A stretch of DNA of 64,000 nt from the human T2T-CHM13v2.0 reference genome, Homo sapiens (GCF_009914755.1 NC_060941.1); one strand, 5' to 3'; positions 43,005-57,633 are shown, counted from the first letter of the stretch. A program made the numbers and translations. The notes: generated by a model not told the origin, from the letters alone.

Positions 43005-43240
43005 TAGACTTTTAAGATCTCAGCTTTACCACTTAATGGCTATGTTACTTTGACAAGCTATTTTAACCTCTCTGACCCAGAGTTTCCTCATCTATAAAAT
43101 TAGAATAATAGCAGTATCCAATTTACAGGGCCATAAAGAGGATTACATATGTTAACATATGTAAGATGTTTAGAACTTTTAGAACTGTGCCTGATACCAG
43201 TAAATGTGATCTATTATATTCATTGTTATTAGTTATTTTT
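43005..43240 (+). mobile_element. MIR
   Basis: 'taacctctctgacccagagtttcctcatctataaaat...gaggatta...tagaactgtgcctga'. Confidence 0.8.
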
Positions 43241-43621
43241 ATTATTTCTTGTGAAGTACAATGATGATATGATAAATAACATGCCTAGATTATGGTATAT
43301 TTTAAATACATATTTTAAAAATAGTTTTTGAAAGTGAGATGAATCTGGAAGTGTTTTAAAAAGCACTGTATAAGTCCAACTTTTATTATTTACAGAATTA
43401 TAATTCTGTTGTTCTTTGTAACTCAAATGAATCCAGTATACACCGGATATCAAAACTCAATTTGCACTAACCAAGTACATTACATTCATCTGTCATTGGA
43501 ATGGACCTGATAAGTATCCGAGTTTCTACTTTCTGAGTTATTGCTGCAGCATGCTAACTCACGAAACCTTCCAGTTGCTGAGAAACCTTGAGTGCTTTCT
43601 TTGCTGTTTCTGTGTGTGCAG

Positions 43622-43747
43622 AGATTCAAAAGCAAGATTCAGAGCTGAGTTGTTTGTGGAACTGGCGGGCTGGTAACACTGTTGAGTATATATATTCATA
43701 AGATTTTATGCTTTAGAACTGAATTTTGAGAAAAGAATTTAGTGCAG
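43622..43747 (+). other. Candidate non-coding internal exon (126 nt)
   Basis: Pyrimidine tract 'ctttctttgctgtttctgtgtgtgcag|' and a perfect CAG|GTAAGT donor. Stops in all three frames. Confidence 0.3.
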
Positions 43748-44113
43748 GTAAGTTTGAATTAAAGATATAAGGGATAATTAGATATAGGGAAGCAGTGGCA
43801 GGAGAATTACCTGGCATCTGCTCCCTGCTAGCCAGAGGAACCAGTTTTAAGTCTTATAAAGAGAGAAAATAGCTCTAGAACTCACATGATGAAGTCTGAT
43901 AAAGGATATGTGAGATTCTGGGAATAAATAGTGCTTCTTCAGGACACGTTATGAAGTGAGGCTGAATTAGAATGAGGGCCATTTTTATCCCCCCAATCCC
44001 ATTTCCAAATTCATATTCCCTTGCCACAAATTCAATGCACATTGACTTCACGGCCACCATGGATGGCAGCTAACTCCATGGAGCCTGGCTGTAAAAGTGC
44101 CGAGCCACAGTCA

Positions 44114-44581
<468 letters not shown>

Positions 44582-47500
44582 CTACATTGACAGGTGAGAA
44601 AACAGAAGCTCAGCAGAAGTAGGCCATTTTCACGATTTGGTAAGTGGCAGGAGTAGGTTTAAAGTTCACTGCTCTGGAATCCACTCCTTTTTCAAAATAT
44701 CCTACTGCCAAATTACTTCATAGTGTGGCCTATACTAGCTATACTAGTTATGCCATAATAGCTGCCTATAGGGAAAGAAACAACAGAATTACATAAAATG
44801 GAATTGTAGACCTTCATATCATCCAAAGCTAGATTACTGCAACATCCACTACTTCTGCTATGTTCTGCAGCATGTATGTAAACATACAGGCACACACATA
44901 CACATATACACAGAGCAATTCTTTTTTGTAGCAGAGGCAGTGTGTTTTAATCAGCTAATATTTGGTTGAAAAAAAATTAAAGAAAGAATAATTTCCATGT
45001 TATCCACCTACTTGGCCAAGAGAAAGGCCAAGGAGTGAGAGCATTCAGACCATGGTGTGGTGGTAAGGTAGTGAAATGGTAGAAGTTACATCTAACATGT
45101 GACTCTCTGAATCTGAATCCCTCCATCCCCAAATGGTAGAAATGCTTAATTAAATCCATATTTTTTAAGCACTCCAATCTTTTTTAATGCCATTATTTTT
45201 CATCTTTTGCATCTGGGTAAATACTCCTATTTTGGCACAAGAAAGGAAAGGCAGGTTCCAGAAACTGTTCTGCTGCTAGGAGACCTTGGGGCCCAAAAAT
45301 GAGTTTTTGACAAATTGGAGAGGCTACCTCCTTGCCCTACACCTAGACAGCATGTGGCATTTTGTAAAGTGGCTTCATCCCATCCACCCCCGAGCCCAAC
45401 CCAGACCACGTTGTTCAGAGCACTTCCAGGAACCATCTGGTGCCCAGAACATTGCTATTTCAACGTGCTTTGGAATCTTCCAGGATGGTTGCTGTGACCA
45501 AAGCATGTTTTTAAATAGAAGGCCTTCAGTTATTTGGAGTTGCATCCCCCAGTGATCTGTGCTGCTTTGTTGCTGAGGGTTATTTCTCTGCTGTATTCAT
45601 CATTGTGCTTTCATGCTGATGATACACACTATGGCCGAAAAGATTCCTTCTAAATATGATCCCAAACAGTCGATTATAAAAGGTTGAATTGTAGTCTTGC
45701 AAGATTAAGTATTTTTTTTTAGATTTAATAGGCCAGTGTTTTTTTAAGTATTTCTGTACACTCAGCTTTAATTTGGAATAATATCTTCACTTGACTCAAG
45801 AGATTTTCTTTAATTTCATGATTATTAAAGGCTTCAGCTCTCCCATAGTGCCCAAATTAAGCCAGAAAGAATTGAAATTCACCACCATACTGAATTAGTT
45901 TTTCCCTTCTCTGGTTTCCACAGCACTCCAAGCTTACCTTTAATTTTCTATTAACTAGCTGTCATAATTGTCTGTTTCTATTGTTCTTTCCCAGTAGCCA
46001 ATAAGTGCCTCAAAGGCAATGTATGTCAGTCATCTTTTTATCCACAAAGTCTAACCGAGTACTTGGCAGTACCTAATGGGTATCCAATACGTATGTTTTT
46101 GGATTAAAAATTTACTGGTCCCTGACAATTATTTTAATCCCCTCAGGCACTGGTCCTAGATCTTCTTACTTTTTCTCATGTTCACCTGCTCTTTACTCTA
46201 TGAACTACCGAAGTCCTGCCACCCAGCTCTTCCTGAAAGCACAAAAGGATACTTAATTCTAAGAAAGGGGACATAGAAGAATGTTTAGAAAGTTAATGAA
46301 TATGATATTGAGATTTCCCTACTTCTTTACCCTACATTTTCCCCATGTTTTTTCAAGCTCAAGCTTCCCATTATCTGTACTAATAAAGGGAACCCATAGT
46401 ATAGGTAATTCAAAATAGATTATCTAAATAAGCCCCCATACTTTTGTGGGAATGTATCATATAGATGCAAGAGCCCTGGCTTGAGAGACATAAGGCTGAA
46501 ATCACACTGCTTACTTATAAGGCCTTAGATAAGTCATTCAACCTTTCTGAAACTCAATTTCTTCACCCGCAGTGCTTAACTTGCCTAGCCATAGGACTGG
46601 TGTCTGGATCTCATAAGCTGTTCGGTATTCTGCAAATTATAAAGCACAATACACATTGAAGACCATGTGAATATGACATCTGGGATGGATTTTCTGATGG
46701 CGAAGAGTGACAAATAAGTTAGCATCAGATTAAAACTTGGTATTCTGCCAAGTAAATATTAAAATTAGTTTACTGTCCCCAAGTGATAATGTGGGGAGTC
46801 AAACCAGCTAAATACTAAGTGCAGGAATAGCTGGATGGGGTTATGAAGAGCCATGACAGATCCACTACACGGCCAATTCCTCTGCAGGTAATCAGAGTTG
46901 ACTAACTCATATCAAGGGCACATGATGGCACCTTGCACCGCCGTTACCCATATGGTGGAAAAACGAAGGTTGCTTGTGCCAAATGCAGATCCAATTAAAA
47001 CTTGGAAAGGTTGCTCCATTATCACATTTGCAGCCATAATTAAATTTGCGAACTGAGAAGAGCTGCCAAGCTTGCCTCTCTGTTTTGGAAGGTGGGACAT
47101 CTGTTAACATTAGTATGGACATGGGCATGGGGGAAATCACAAGAATTCTGCTTCAAAATGAACATTCAGAATAAACTGTAGTTTATTTTAAGGCTCTGAA
47201 TACTAAGCCCTCTATATTGTTTAATATGCTTCAGTTTTTTGAAGCTAATTTCTGGGCTTTTTTAAATATACAGATGACTTTTTCCTGACATTTCTCATTT
47301 CTAGAGTCAAAGCTTTTAAAGATTAGAATGTATGTGTTACTGCAGTTTCAACAAGGAAGGTGGTTTAAGATTAGAAGCAAGAAGCTTTAAGGAAGACCCT
47401 TGATCCTTCCTATGGAGCCACCTGACAACACTGGAATTTTATGTGCCTTGATTCAACCACCTATCAGAGGCAGCAAAGCTAGAGGGCTCTGGAGCATGCG

Positions 47501-48785
47501 GTTAAATAACATTAATGTATTTGCATAATTTGTTACAAACAATATAAACTTTCTCATTTGCAAATTCTTTTAAACTGGGTAGCAATCTTATGTAGTAGGT
47601 AGCTGTATCTCTATTTTGCAGAAAAATAAATGAGATTCTGGAACATTAAGTGACATGCTGATATTCTCACAGCCACATGAGAGAGACCAAGACCAAGAAC
47701 CCAGGTTTTCTAAATTTTATTCCACATATATGTACTTAATTTGTAAGCCACATCAATTTATGTCAGTAGAGCCATTCACTCACCCATAAAGAGCCAAATG
47801 TTTTTGTGCAAACGTTTTTTTCAAGATTATGATTCTGAAAAGTGAACTACAATTCATTTCCTGGCTAACAAGATGAAGGCCTCAATTGAACAATGAACCA
47901 AAATTCCCTCAAAATAGCATTGGCACACCCTGCATTGGACTATGAAAAAAAAAAAGAATGCATTCGGTACTGGTTTTAAAATACCAAAATGAGAAAGGAA
48001 AAGAGCTGTCTGGAAAGCACTCTACACTGAGAGACCTGAGTTCTGGTCCTTGTGGCATAACCCTGGCCAAATTCATTTTAGCATTATTTCCACAACAGGT
48101 AAAGAGATGTGGCTGAACTGAATTCTCTCTAAGATCCCTTTCATGATTCAATAAAGGACATTGAGCTGGAATCACCACCTTACACTTTACTGACAGATTG
48201 TCAGATCTGAGTTTGAATGACTTCAAGCACATGCAGGCTTACACACACACACACTTACCAACACTTTCCCTATAGTAATTCAGCCCACACACTCTTAGAA
48301 ATCACAGCAAGTCTTAAATGACAACAAACCTAGCCAAGGGAGCAAACAAATTAGCTCTGCAATTAATTTCATGACAGCAAAAGAGATCTTGGAGCAGTGA
48401 TCTATGTAGGAGGATTCTAAGAAGAGAAGGAAGATTACTAGGCATGATCAGTTGGTCTTGAGTGGTCATTCCGCTTTATGTGAAAGGTGGCTCAAAAGTA
48501 AGAAGATGGGAAACTGAAAATCAAGAGCATTGTGGAATTGCTTGAAAAGTCAGAATTTTTCAAAGAGGCCTTAGCTTGGTATTAGTTTATAGTCTATGAA
48601 GGCTTTCACACACATGGCTTTGATTCTCACTTCAAGTCTGTGAAGTAAAGGAAGGGCGTTATATTCCCTGGTTAATAGGTGAAGAAACAGGCGGAGGTGC
48701 ATTAAGGGTTATGTCCAAAGTAACACACTCAGGAAGCCTTTTATGGATTTGCACGCACCAGCGCACCTGTTAAAAACCCACAATA

Positions 48786-49372
<587 letters not shown>

Positions 49373-49779
49373 TCAAAAGTTAATAATTCAAACAGCCCTT
49401 CCCCAACCCCAAAAAGCAACCAGATGAAACAACTAAAGATTCAAAAACATACATGTCAGTAGAGTTTGTGTTCAGACTTTCTGAGTCTCTTGCAAGTGGC
49501 CAAGACAATGTAATGTGGCATTTTGGTCAAAGTTTAGCTTATTACAGGGAATCATTATTCTTTGAAATATATATGACATGACCAAACTATAGATGGTTAA
49601 GTGAATCATTTTTCTTTTGGACACATTTATCTTTGAGTTTATAATTATTATTATGACATATGTATTAGTAACATTTACAGCACATTACAGTAAGTTGCAA
49701 TTTACAAAGATAAATTTCTCCAATGTTATGTGAGCTTAACTTTCTCATTGAAGTCCTGTTATTGAAGTAATCTGCTTTC

Positions 49780-50010
49780 ACATTTTACCTAGTGAACTCT
49801 TACTAGCCATTAAAACTCGGCTCATCTCTGGAAGCATTTCTGACCTCCGAATCCGGTTTCCATCACAAATTACATTTGATAATTTTCTCTTTACCCCATT
49901 GGACTATAAGCTCTTCGAGGTCAGGGGTCATACCTAATTCATTCTTGTATTCTGGTCTCCTGCCACTTAGAAGTGCTCAATAAATGAGAATGAACAGATG
50001 GATGAAAGAA
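49780..50010 (+). mobile_element. L2 3' end
   Basis: 'ggactataagctcttcgaggtcagggg...gtgctcaataaatgagaatgaa'. Confidence 0.7.
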
Positions 50011-50174
50011 GGAACTGGAGAATACAATCCAGGTAACATACTGGGAAATGTAATTTAACACAATTTACTGCATTATTGTTTGAGCCGTTTGGCCAATATC
50101 GTAGAACGTTCAACAGAGTCTATATTTTAACCATGTTTAAATTAAACACAAACTGCCTTCTCAGGAGACAGAGA

Positions 50175-50400
50175 CTCTCAAAATCATGGGCTGGATGGGG
50201 TCTCCAAGAACCATCTGGTCCATCCATGCCTGCAGGCAAGTGAGTGTCTAAATAATCCAGGGGCTTTTCTGTTTTATTTAAAGCTTCGCTTTTTTTAAAT
50301 AGAAAGGAGGCAAAAATCTCCCTTTGGGAAGCTGCTGGTTTCCATCCAGAAGAATCCCATTCCCTTGCCCTGACCCTTCAGAAAAGAACAGACTCCGAAA
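50175..50400 (-). mobile_element. L3/CR1-like ancient LINE fragment
   Basis: 'aaatcatgggctggatggggtctcc...catctggtcca' resembles the reverse of the CR1/L3 3' end. Confidence 0.4.
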
Positions 50401-52194
50401 GTCCCTGGAAAACTGCCTCATGCATGAATTTGTCCCTGTTCATATTTTCTTCTCCTTTCTTTCACTAGTGTAATCTCTTCCTCTCTCACACTCACTTTCA
50501 ACTATAGAACAGAACGTCCATTTCACACTGTTAAAAATCCCTGTCTCATTTTTCAGTGCTAAAACGATACAGTGCCCTGCAGATCTTCAGACACTCATTT
50601 TTTTAAAGGCATTGCTGTGAACCAAGTTCATTGGCTGTGGGTTTAATAAACTCTCCCGGGCGCTGGTATCTTTCAGTCTGTCAATTTAAAAATCCTTTCT
50701 TCAGCACTATAGATCACTGCAGAGAGAGAAGTGCACTCACAAAAAGGGACAGCAGGAAAATACCAGAATGCAAAGAAATGAATGCCTCAAAGGCTGCCAC
50801 TGATGAAGATAATTAATAGCCCAGTTGTAAATAAAATAACTTTAAGAATGCAAAATGAGATAACACTATTAGAAAGGGGGGTTGTTTATGTTCTGGCAGG
50901 GGTAATAAACACAACACACATTAAGAAATACTGAAGATGTTCATTTAAAAATTCTTAAGTTTCCTACTCAGCACTCCACCCCTCTGCCCAAAAGGCTAAG
51001 ATATAAACAGCTCTATTGGTGGTTTTGTTCCTTATTTGCTTATTTCATTTTACCCTCAGATAAAACACAGATCAGGTTTAGGTCCAACTTCCCTTAAGGA
51101 TAGCACATTTTCTTCTCTCTTTTATAAACCTGATCCTATTCTCTATTTACATACTTTGCAACCTGCCCACATACTGCCTTGCGTTGCCTTTTCAATTGTA
51201 TATGTTTAAATGTCTTGTTTCACTCAATGAGATTATAAACTACTTGAGGGTAGGAATAATGTCTTATATTTATCTTGTCTGATGCACAACAGCTGGCGGA
51301 GTGAAAAGCACAACACAGGTGCTTCACATAAACTCTTCGATACGAATGAAATGAGAAACTTGGGAAACTGAGAAAGTTTGATTCTGTCATTCCTTCTGGA
51401 CTTAAGAGAAATGCTATCGCAGAGCTTTCTCAACTCATGCATTATTGATTTTTACAGGTGCCACCTTTTTCTAAGGAGATATGGGGCACTAACAGCCAAC
51501 CACAGTGTGTTACTCTAATCAGCAACAATTGCGGTCTTATCCTAATCAGAACCCATTGTGCAGTTAGGATGGGCCCTCTAAATGACAATCATCTCACCAT
51601 TGTTAAATAGTGAATGCGCCTTAATATCATCACAGCAGAAAACTGCCCCAAAGTGTTCTCTTGAGTAATCTACTGAAAGATTAAGCACCAGCAGGTAATT
51701 GGCCTTATCTTTCTTTGGGAAACTTATGAGGGACTTGAAGTTGAATAAATCACCATGAACAATTGTAAGAACAAATCACTCTGGGCAATTTGATATCTTT
51801 GTACCTTCACACACATGGGGAAGATCATTTTATAGTAATGATTTCCATATCATACTCAGCGCTGTGATTCTGTTAGAGTGAATTATGTTCCCCTTTCCCC
51901 ACCCAAAACAGTGTACCTGAATTGACTCAGACCTAAGTTTTCCTAGAGATAAGAAATATTGACATAGGATTAATCACTTTTCCATTTCGTGGAAGATATT
52001 AGAACCTGAGACCAACAGTCTCAGTCCTTTTAGCTGAAAGGAAGTATTGGTCCTTTCAGCCAAAAGGAAGGATAAGAGTGTGATCAAAAGATATTTTGGA
52101 AAAAGAAAGTAAGGCCCATAACAGACAGGGTTTGACTGGTGTGGTCTGATACATTGTAAAAAATAGTCAGGTTAACTTATTGGAGGACTACATT

Positions 52195-53680
52195 TTGTAC
52201 TTATTCAATCTATATGCATTAAGCACCCACTATATGCAAACAGCCTTGCTGAGAAATGCAGACATACAAAGATAAAGATGCATCCCAAGTTCTAAACAAC
52301 TCTGTAATATAGTAGAAAATATCTTATTATACAGAAGAAATGTTAAGTCACCACACTATGGTTTGAATGTTTGCCCCTTCCAAAAATCATGTTGAAATTT
52401 AATTACCATTGTAACCATATTAAGTGAGACATTTAAGAAATGATTAGGCCATGAGGTCTCTGCCGCCATTGGTGGGATTAATCCCAGGGCAAGTTTGGCT
52501 GCCTTCTCACTCTCTTGGCCCTACCACCTTCTGTGATATGAGCATTCAGCCTTCTTCCCCTCCAAAAGAGGCAGCATGTAAGGTTCCATCTAGGAAGAAA
52601 GGAATGGCCTCACCAGACACCAAGGTGCTAGTGCCTTGAACATAGACTTTCCAGCTTCCAGAACAATGAGCCAATAAATTTCTGTTCTTCCTAAATTATC
52701 TAGTCTGTTACAGCAGCACAAAATGAACTAAAACACACCATAAGGCAATACGTGAAAAGGAACACTGGTGTGTTTGATATAAGTCAGTATTTCACACCTG
52801 AAATTTCATGGAGATTATGATTCAATAGGTTTGCCAATACCTAAGAATCTGTATGCCTTTACAAAGCTCAAATGATTCTCACAACTAGTCAAATTTAAGA
52901 GAGCTCCAATTACAGAAATTGTAGTTAAGTTGGAGTATGAGACAATTTACGTATAGAATAATCAGTACAGAATTAGGAAAGTCATGTCCGTTGATCTGTT
53001 TTTGAGGATCACATAAGATTTCTATAGCTGGAGAAATGAAGGCATGGAGAACATTTCAGGTTAAGGGAAAAACTGGGGCAAAGCACAAAGGCAGGGAGTT
53101 ACCAAGTCTATCAGGGGAGACAGGGAAATCAATCAAGAAAGGAATGTTGAGCCAGAAAACAGGGTATTGATGAATAAGCTAATAAATGAGTTTAGACTTT
53201 AATCATCTGGGCCTAGCAAAATAACTGATAAATTTTCAACAGAAGAATAGTATAATCAAACTATTACTTTATGAAGAATTATTTAGCAAACAAGAGTTCA
53301 CAAGATGGATTATATTAGTGAAAACATTGGAAGCTTAGAAACAACAATAGGGGCCATGATAATAACTAAAGCAGAAGTGGCACACTGAACTAGGAAAGTG
53401 GCAGTGGAAAAGGGGTACTTTAGCAAAGGAGGCCTTGGAAGGAAAGAACCTGCACAACTAGGGCACTGATCATACATGGAAAGAAAGAAGAAGGGGTAGT
53501 TGACTAGCTGTCGCTAAGTCATGGAAGATCAGAGGTGTTATTAAAACAGAAAGAATTCAACAGTTGAGCTAATTTGACAATGTAGGGGTGTGGTTGGGAA
53601 GATGGTAATTTCAATGTTAGATTTTTTTTTTTTTGTATTTGAGGAACATCTGACTGAAAATATCTGGTATAGAGATGGGA
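52195..53680 (-). mobile_element. Long degraded L2, interrupted by an MST LTR
   Basis: 'attaagcacccactatatgc', 'gaacatttcagg...ggcaaagcacaaaggcagggag', 'gagtttagactttaatc'. Confidence 0.6.
52354..52735 (+). mobile_element. MSTC/D MaLR solo LTR
   Basis: 'ctatggtttgaatgtttgcccc' to 'cacaaaatgaactaaaaca'. 5-bp TSD cacca at 52349-52353 and 52736-52740. Confidence 0.9.
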
Positions 53681-55139
53681 GGGTGATCAGGCCCTTTGGT
53701 TATTGTTGAGCTTTTTGACTCCATCCCTTTCTGCACAATGCAGGGCATGGATAAGAAAATCTCCATGCTCCATTCTAATACTCCTATTTTTTGAAATTAT
53801 TCCCTCGAAGGTGGCATTATTCAAATAACTTAATATTACAAAGTCTTAAGTTCTTTAACGGTTAATTACAGAATCCCTTCACCATTTTGGTTTTTGCCTC
53901 CTTAGTTATTATTCATTATCATCTTTATTGCAATTTATAATGCTTCTCCAGCACAATACCTATATCATTTTGCATGTATCAATTATGCCTCCTATTTCTG
54001 CTGCTGACTCTACTCTCTGCTCCTTTTGAACAGACTCTCGGTCTTCTACATCCCATGCCATGCTTTTCCTAGGTAAGAACATGAGTTTTCATAAGGTACT
54101 TCCACTTACAGATTGCCTGAGCAAGAAAAGAAACCTCATATTTACAGGAACCCTAGCGGTTTCCCGTGCAGTGCAGATAATGCACTCCTAGGTCTTGTTT
54201 TTTCTGCTAAAATTGCAAAGAGGACAAAACAAATAGCATGATGTGAATCCATTCTTATGACAGTGATTATAATGAGAATGGGAAATGGTACAATTTAAGC
54301 ATTTGACACCTGAAGCTCTACTTGGTAAAATCTAATCTATTTTTCATTAGAGTTTCCTCTCAGAAGATCCCATGGGACAGGAGAGAAGCCCCTGCTCCGC
54401 TCGCAATCAGATTAGTCCATCTGGATTCCTGCCATCTCTCAATGCTAACCTCGAAACAACAGTCACATGCAGACTGATACTCAAGTGACTTTTTTTTGTT
54501 TGTTTCATCCAGGGAAGAAAATATAGTCCATTGTGGTAAAATATCATGTTAACAATGCTTGCAGAAAAGATACTGCTTTCACAAAAGCTAAAGGGTGGAT
54601 TTTTTATGGTACTTAACTAAAGAATCCAAAAATTTCCAAATCATGCCCTGACGATTGCTCTCTTGCCAAGTAATATTTCTAAAAGAGCTTAACATCAATA
54701 AAATTTTAACAAATGATTAATAAAATCCCTCGTTTTTAGCTGAGCCTTGCCCAATACTCCTAGAAGACAAGTGCCAATAATAATTGAGTAGTGACACACA
54801 GCTTAGATCCAAGGCCTTTGTATGATCATATACATTTCACATGCAAGCCTAGATCCAACTTTTTCCACCCCCTGAGACAAAGCAATAACCAATATTCAGG
54901 TGGAGAAAGAAAAAGGAAGATGACTAGCCCCATTAGTGGGCTGTCTCAGTTTACTAGTTTCAAGGCCTAAAGAAGTTTACTAGTTTCAATTACCAGATTG
55001 AATAATCTGTAAAAAAACACTGTAACAACTAATAAACAAATTCAGTAAAGATTCAGGATACAGAATCAATGTGCATAGTAAAACACAGCTACCCTGCCTG
55101 CTGGTGAACCTCATCCAATTAATAACTTGAGTTTGAAGT

Positions 55140-55988
55140 CATGGATCAGTAAACTATAGCTCACAGGCCAAATGCAGCCCTCTGTCTGTTTTTGTAAAAG
55201 TTTTATTTGAACACCACCAGGCCCATTTGCTTACATGTTGAAATGACATATTGCCAGGGGTGGCACCCAAAGTTCTTGGTCTCATGGTCAAGGAAATCAA
55301 GGATGTGGACCCACCAAGGGTGAGGTTACAGTAGAAGTTTAATAGGTGAAAGAGAGAGAACAGCTCTCTGTTGCAGAGAGGGGTCCTGAAAAGGGTTGCC
55401 ATTCCACAGTGAAATGCAAGGGTTTTTATAAATGAGCTAGTGGAGAAGGGGTATCTTATCTACATAGGGCACAAAAAAATGGTTAGGACCAAGTGTGCCA
55501 TCTGCATAGAGCACAAATCTCTGGCAGCCCCCACTCCAAAGTTTTATTATGCAGGTGGGTCTTTTGCCTGAAATATTCCATGTTGCTTTCCTACTGTGCA
55601 TGTGCTAAAAAAGGAGAGGAGGAGCTTCCATGGTGAACATGCCTGGCCACAGGTACCCCTTTCTATCTGTGCAGCTGCAGGTATCCCTGCCCCCATGCAA
55701 GCTCCCAGCTTCTTTATCAATGTTTGCAGCCCGATCTTCCAGGCTGCTCTTTGTTAGAAAAGAAGTGATTTCTTGGGCTGCTTTTTGTTAGAAGAGAAGT
55801 TCTGCCAAGGACTCTTTGCCCTAACAATCTGCCTAGCTAGCCTCCTTTTACCTCCTTTCTCAGTGTTGTCTGTGGCTACTTTTACTCCATGATGGCAGAA
55901 GTGAATAGTTGCTACAAAGACTATGTGGTCTGCAAAACCTAAAATATTTATTTTCTGGCCATTTACAGAAAAAGTTTGCTAATTTCTG
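55140..55988. mobile_element. MER58A split by an ERV LTR (halves 55140-55238 and 55863-55988)
   Basis: 'cagtaaactatagctcacaggccaaat...' joins seamlessly to 'tgtctgtggctacttt...aaaatatttattttctggccatttacagaaaaagtttgct'. Confidence 0.88.
55239..55862 (-). mobile_element. ERV1 solo LTR (LTR9/MER61-like)
   Basis: TG...CA termini, 624 bp, 4-bp TSD atgt/gtgt. Minus strand begins TGAGAAAGGAGG; TATAAA and ATTAAA on the minus strand. Confidence 0.85.
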
Positions 55989-57633
55989 CTCTAAATGATA
56001 TTTATAAATCATTTATATGGGAAAGCAAGGAAAAGGCAGAGAAAAAAAGAAGAGAAGCAGGGGACATTGCCTTCCTAGTTAACTATCTCACTTCTGCTTC
56101 TGTTACTCCATTGGTTTAGCAATCAAGCCCATCTGGGGTGTGGCTTCCCCTCAGGTTCCCCTATGGAGCCATTGGATATACAGATACACAAGAGTCTTGC
56201 TTTCTCTTTCTCTTTCATATAATGTTTTCAATGAGACCACAGATTTTTTTTTCACTTCTGTGATCTATTCTTGGGACATACAGAAAGACATTTATCACAT
56301 TATTATTTATAATAGACAAAAATTGGAAAAACCTATATATACAACAATAGAGAAAGAGCAGAGCCATATGTTATAGCATTAAATACAGTGTCTTCAAAGA
56401 ATACAGAATATATTTTATATTAAAAGTTCCAAATAAAAGGTGAGATATAAAATTATCTAATCAGTGTTTTCAAAATTTTAAAAGCAAACACATATATGCA
56501 GGCACATATATACGAATAGTTAAATGGATATTGTGTGATGTGATTGATTTCTTTTTTTTTTTGAAATTTCCAAATTTTTATATAATAAATAAAGCATGAG
56601 TTATGTTTAAAATATTGAGCATTGGCTCAAGAAGCTATTTGAACAACCCAGATTAGAGTGAAGCAAGTGAGGTGTTGAGTTTCCAACCATTTTTACCAAG
56701 CTCTTATAAACTTTAATTTTAATGAGAGGCTCCAGAGCTAAGAAAAAGTTGAAAACCACCATTCTTCAGCGTCTTTTCAAAGCTTCTGTGTAATAAATTC
56801 CAAAACCTCTTCTTCTAGTCCATGGGTGGTCAGGAATACATTTATTCCTGGCTTCTTGGATTAATGATGAAAGGAGGGTGTTGTGTGAGCCATCTCAGAC
56901 CCTGGGGCTCCAGTGTTTTAATCTCCAGGGAATAAGGCCATACTGGTATAGAATTCAGAACTCTGGTAACTTAAAATAGTGGAAAGGAATCACAAAAATA
57001 CCTTCCTTCATAGGCACCACCAGAGAAAAATGGAAGGAAAGAGGGTAGGGCAGCTCATCATTTTCTGACTCTTGAACCTGTTCCCAGGGCAAAGGAATGA
57101 CCACTGCAGTCATTCTGTCTAGAAAAAAGGACTGTTCCAACAAGTTTCTTGTCATCTTTTTATCCTCTTTTTGGTAATTCCTACTGACATTTTAATTTTT
57201 TTTTTACTTTTTTTGCTTTTAATTTCCTTGATAGAAGAAAAAAAATTTAAGAAAGAAAGAAAGAAAGCCCTCTAGTGAGCATTGCTTTGATGGGCGGATT
57301 TGCTTCAATGAGCTATCCAGAGTAATCCCCAGCAATGTTACACATAATGAAATGCATCCTCTGTGTTGAAGAGTCAGCAATGCATAAAATTGAGAAGCAA
57401 TTTGCTTCCACCTCTGCTCTCCATAGGTAACTGTTGCTTCAGGAACATGCCAACTATGCTAAATGCCATTTACTAGCACTGGGCTTACAAGCTGATTTCA
57501 GAAAGTGTCACTGTGGCAGCCTGGGAAGGAAGGCCCTCCAGTTTCATACAGGAATGAGATGTTCAGCAGCAGTTTGATGCCAACTAGCTTGACCAGGCTC
57601 CCATATCAGTGATGATAAATATTACCTACACAT

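Noticed and set aside
44046-44070. REST- or CTCF-like motif ttcacggccaccatggatggcagc
   Set aside because: Needs indels to fit either consensus.
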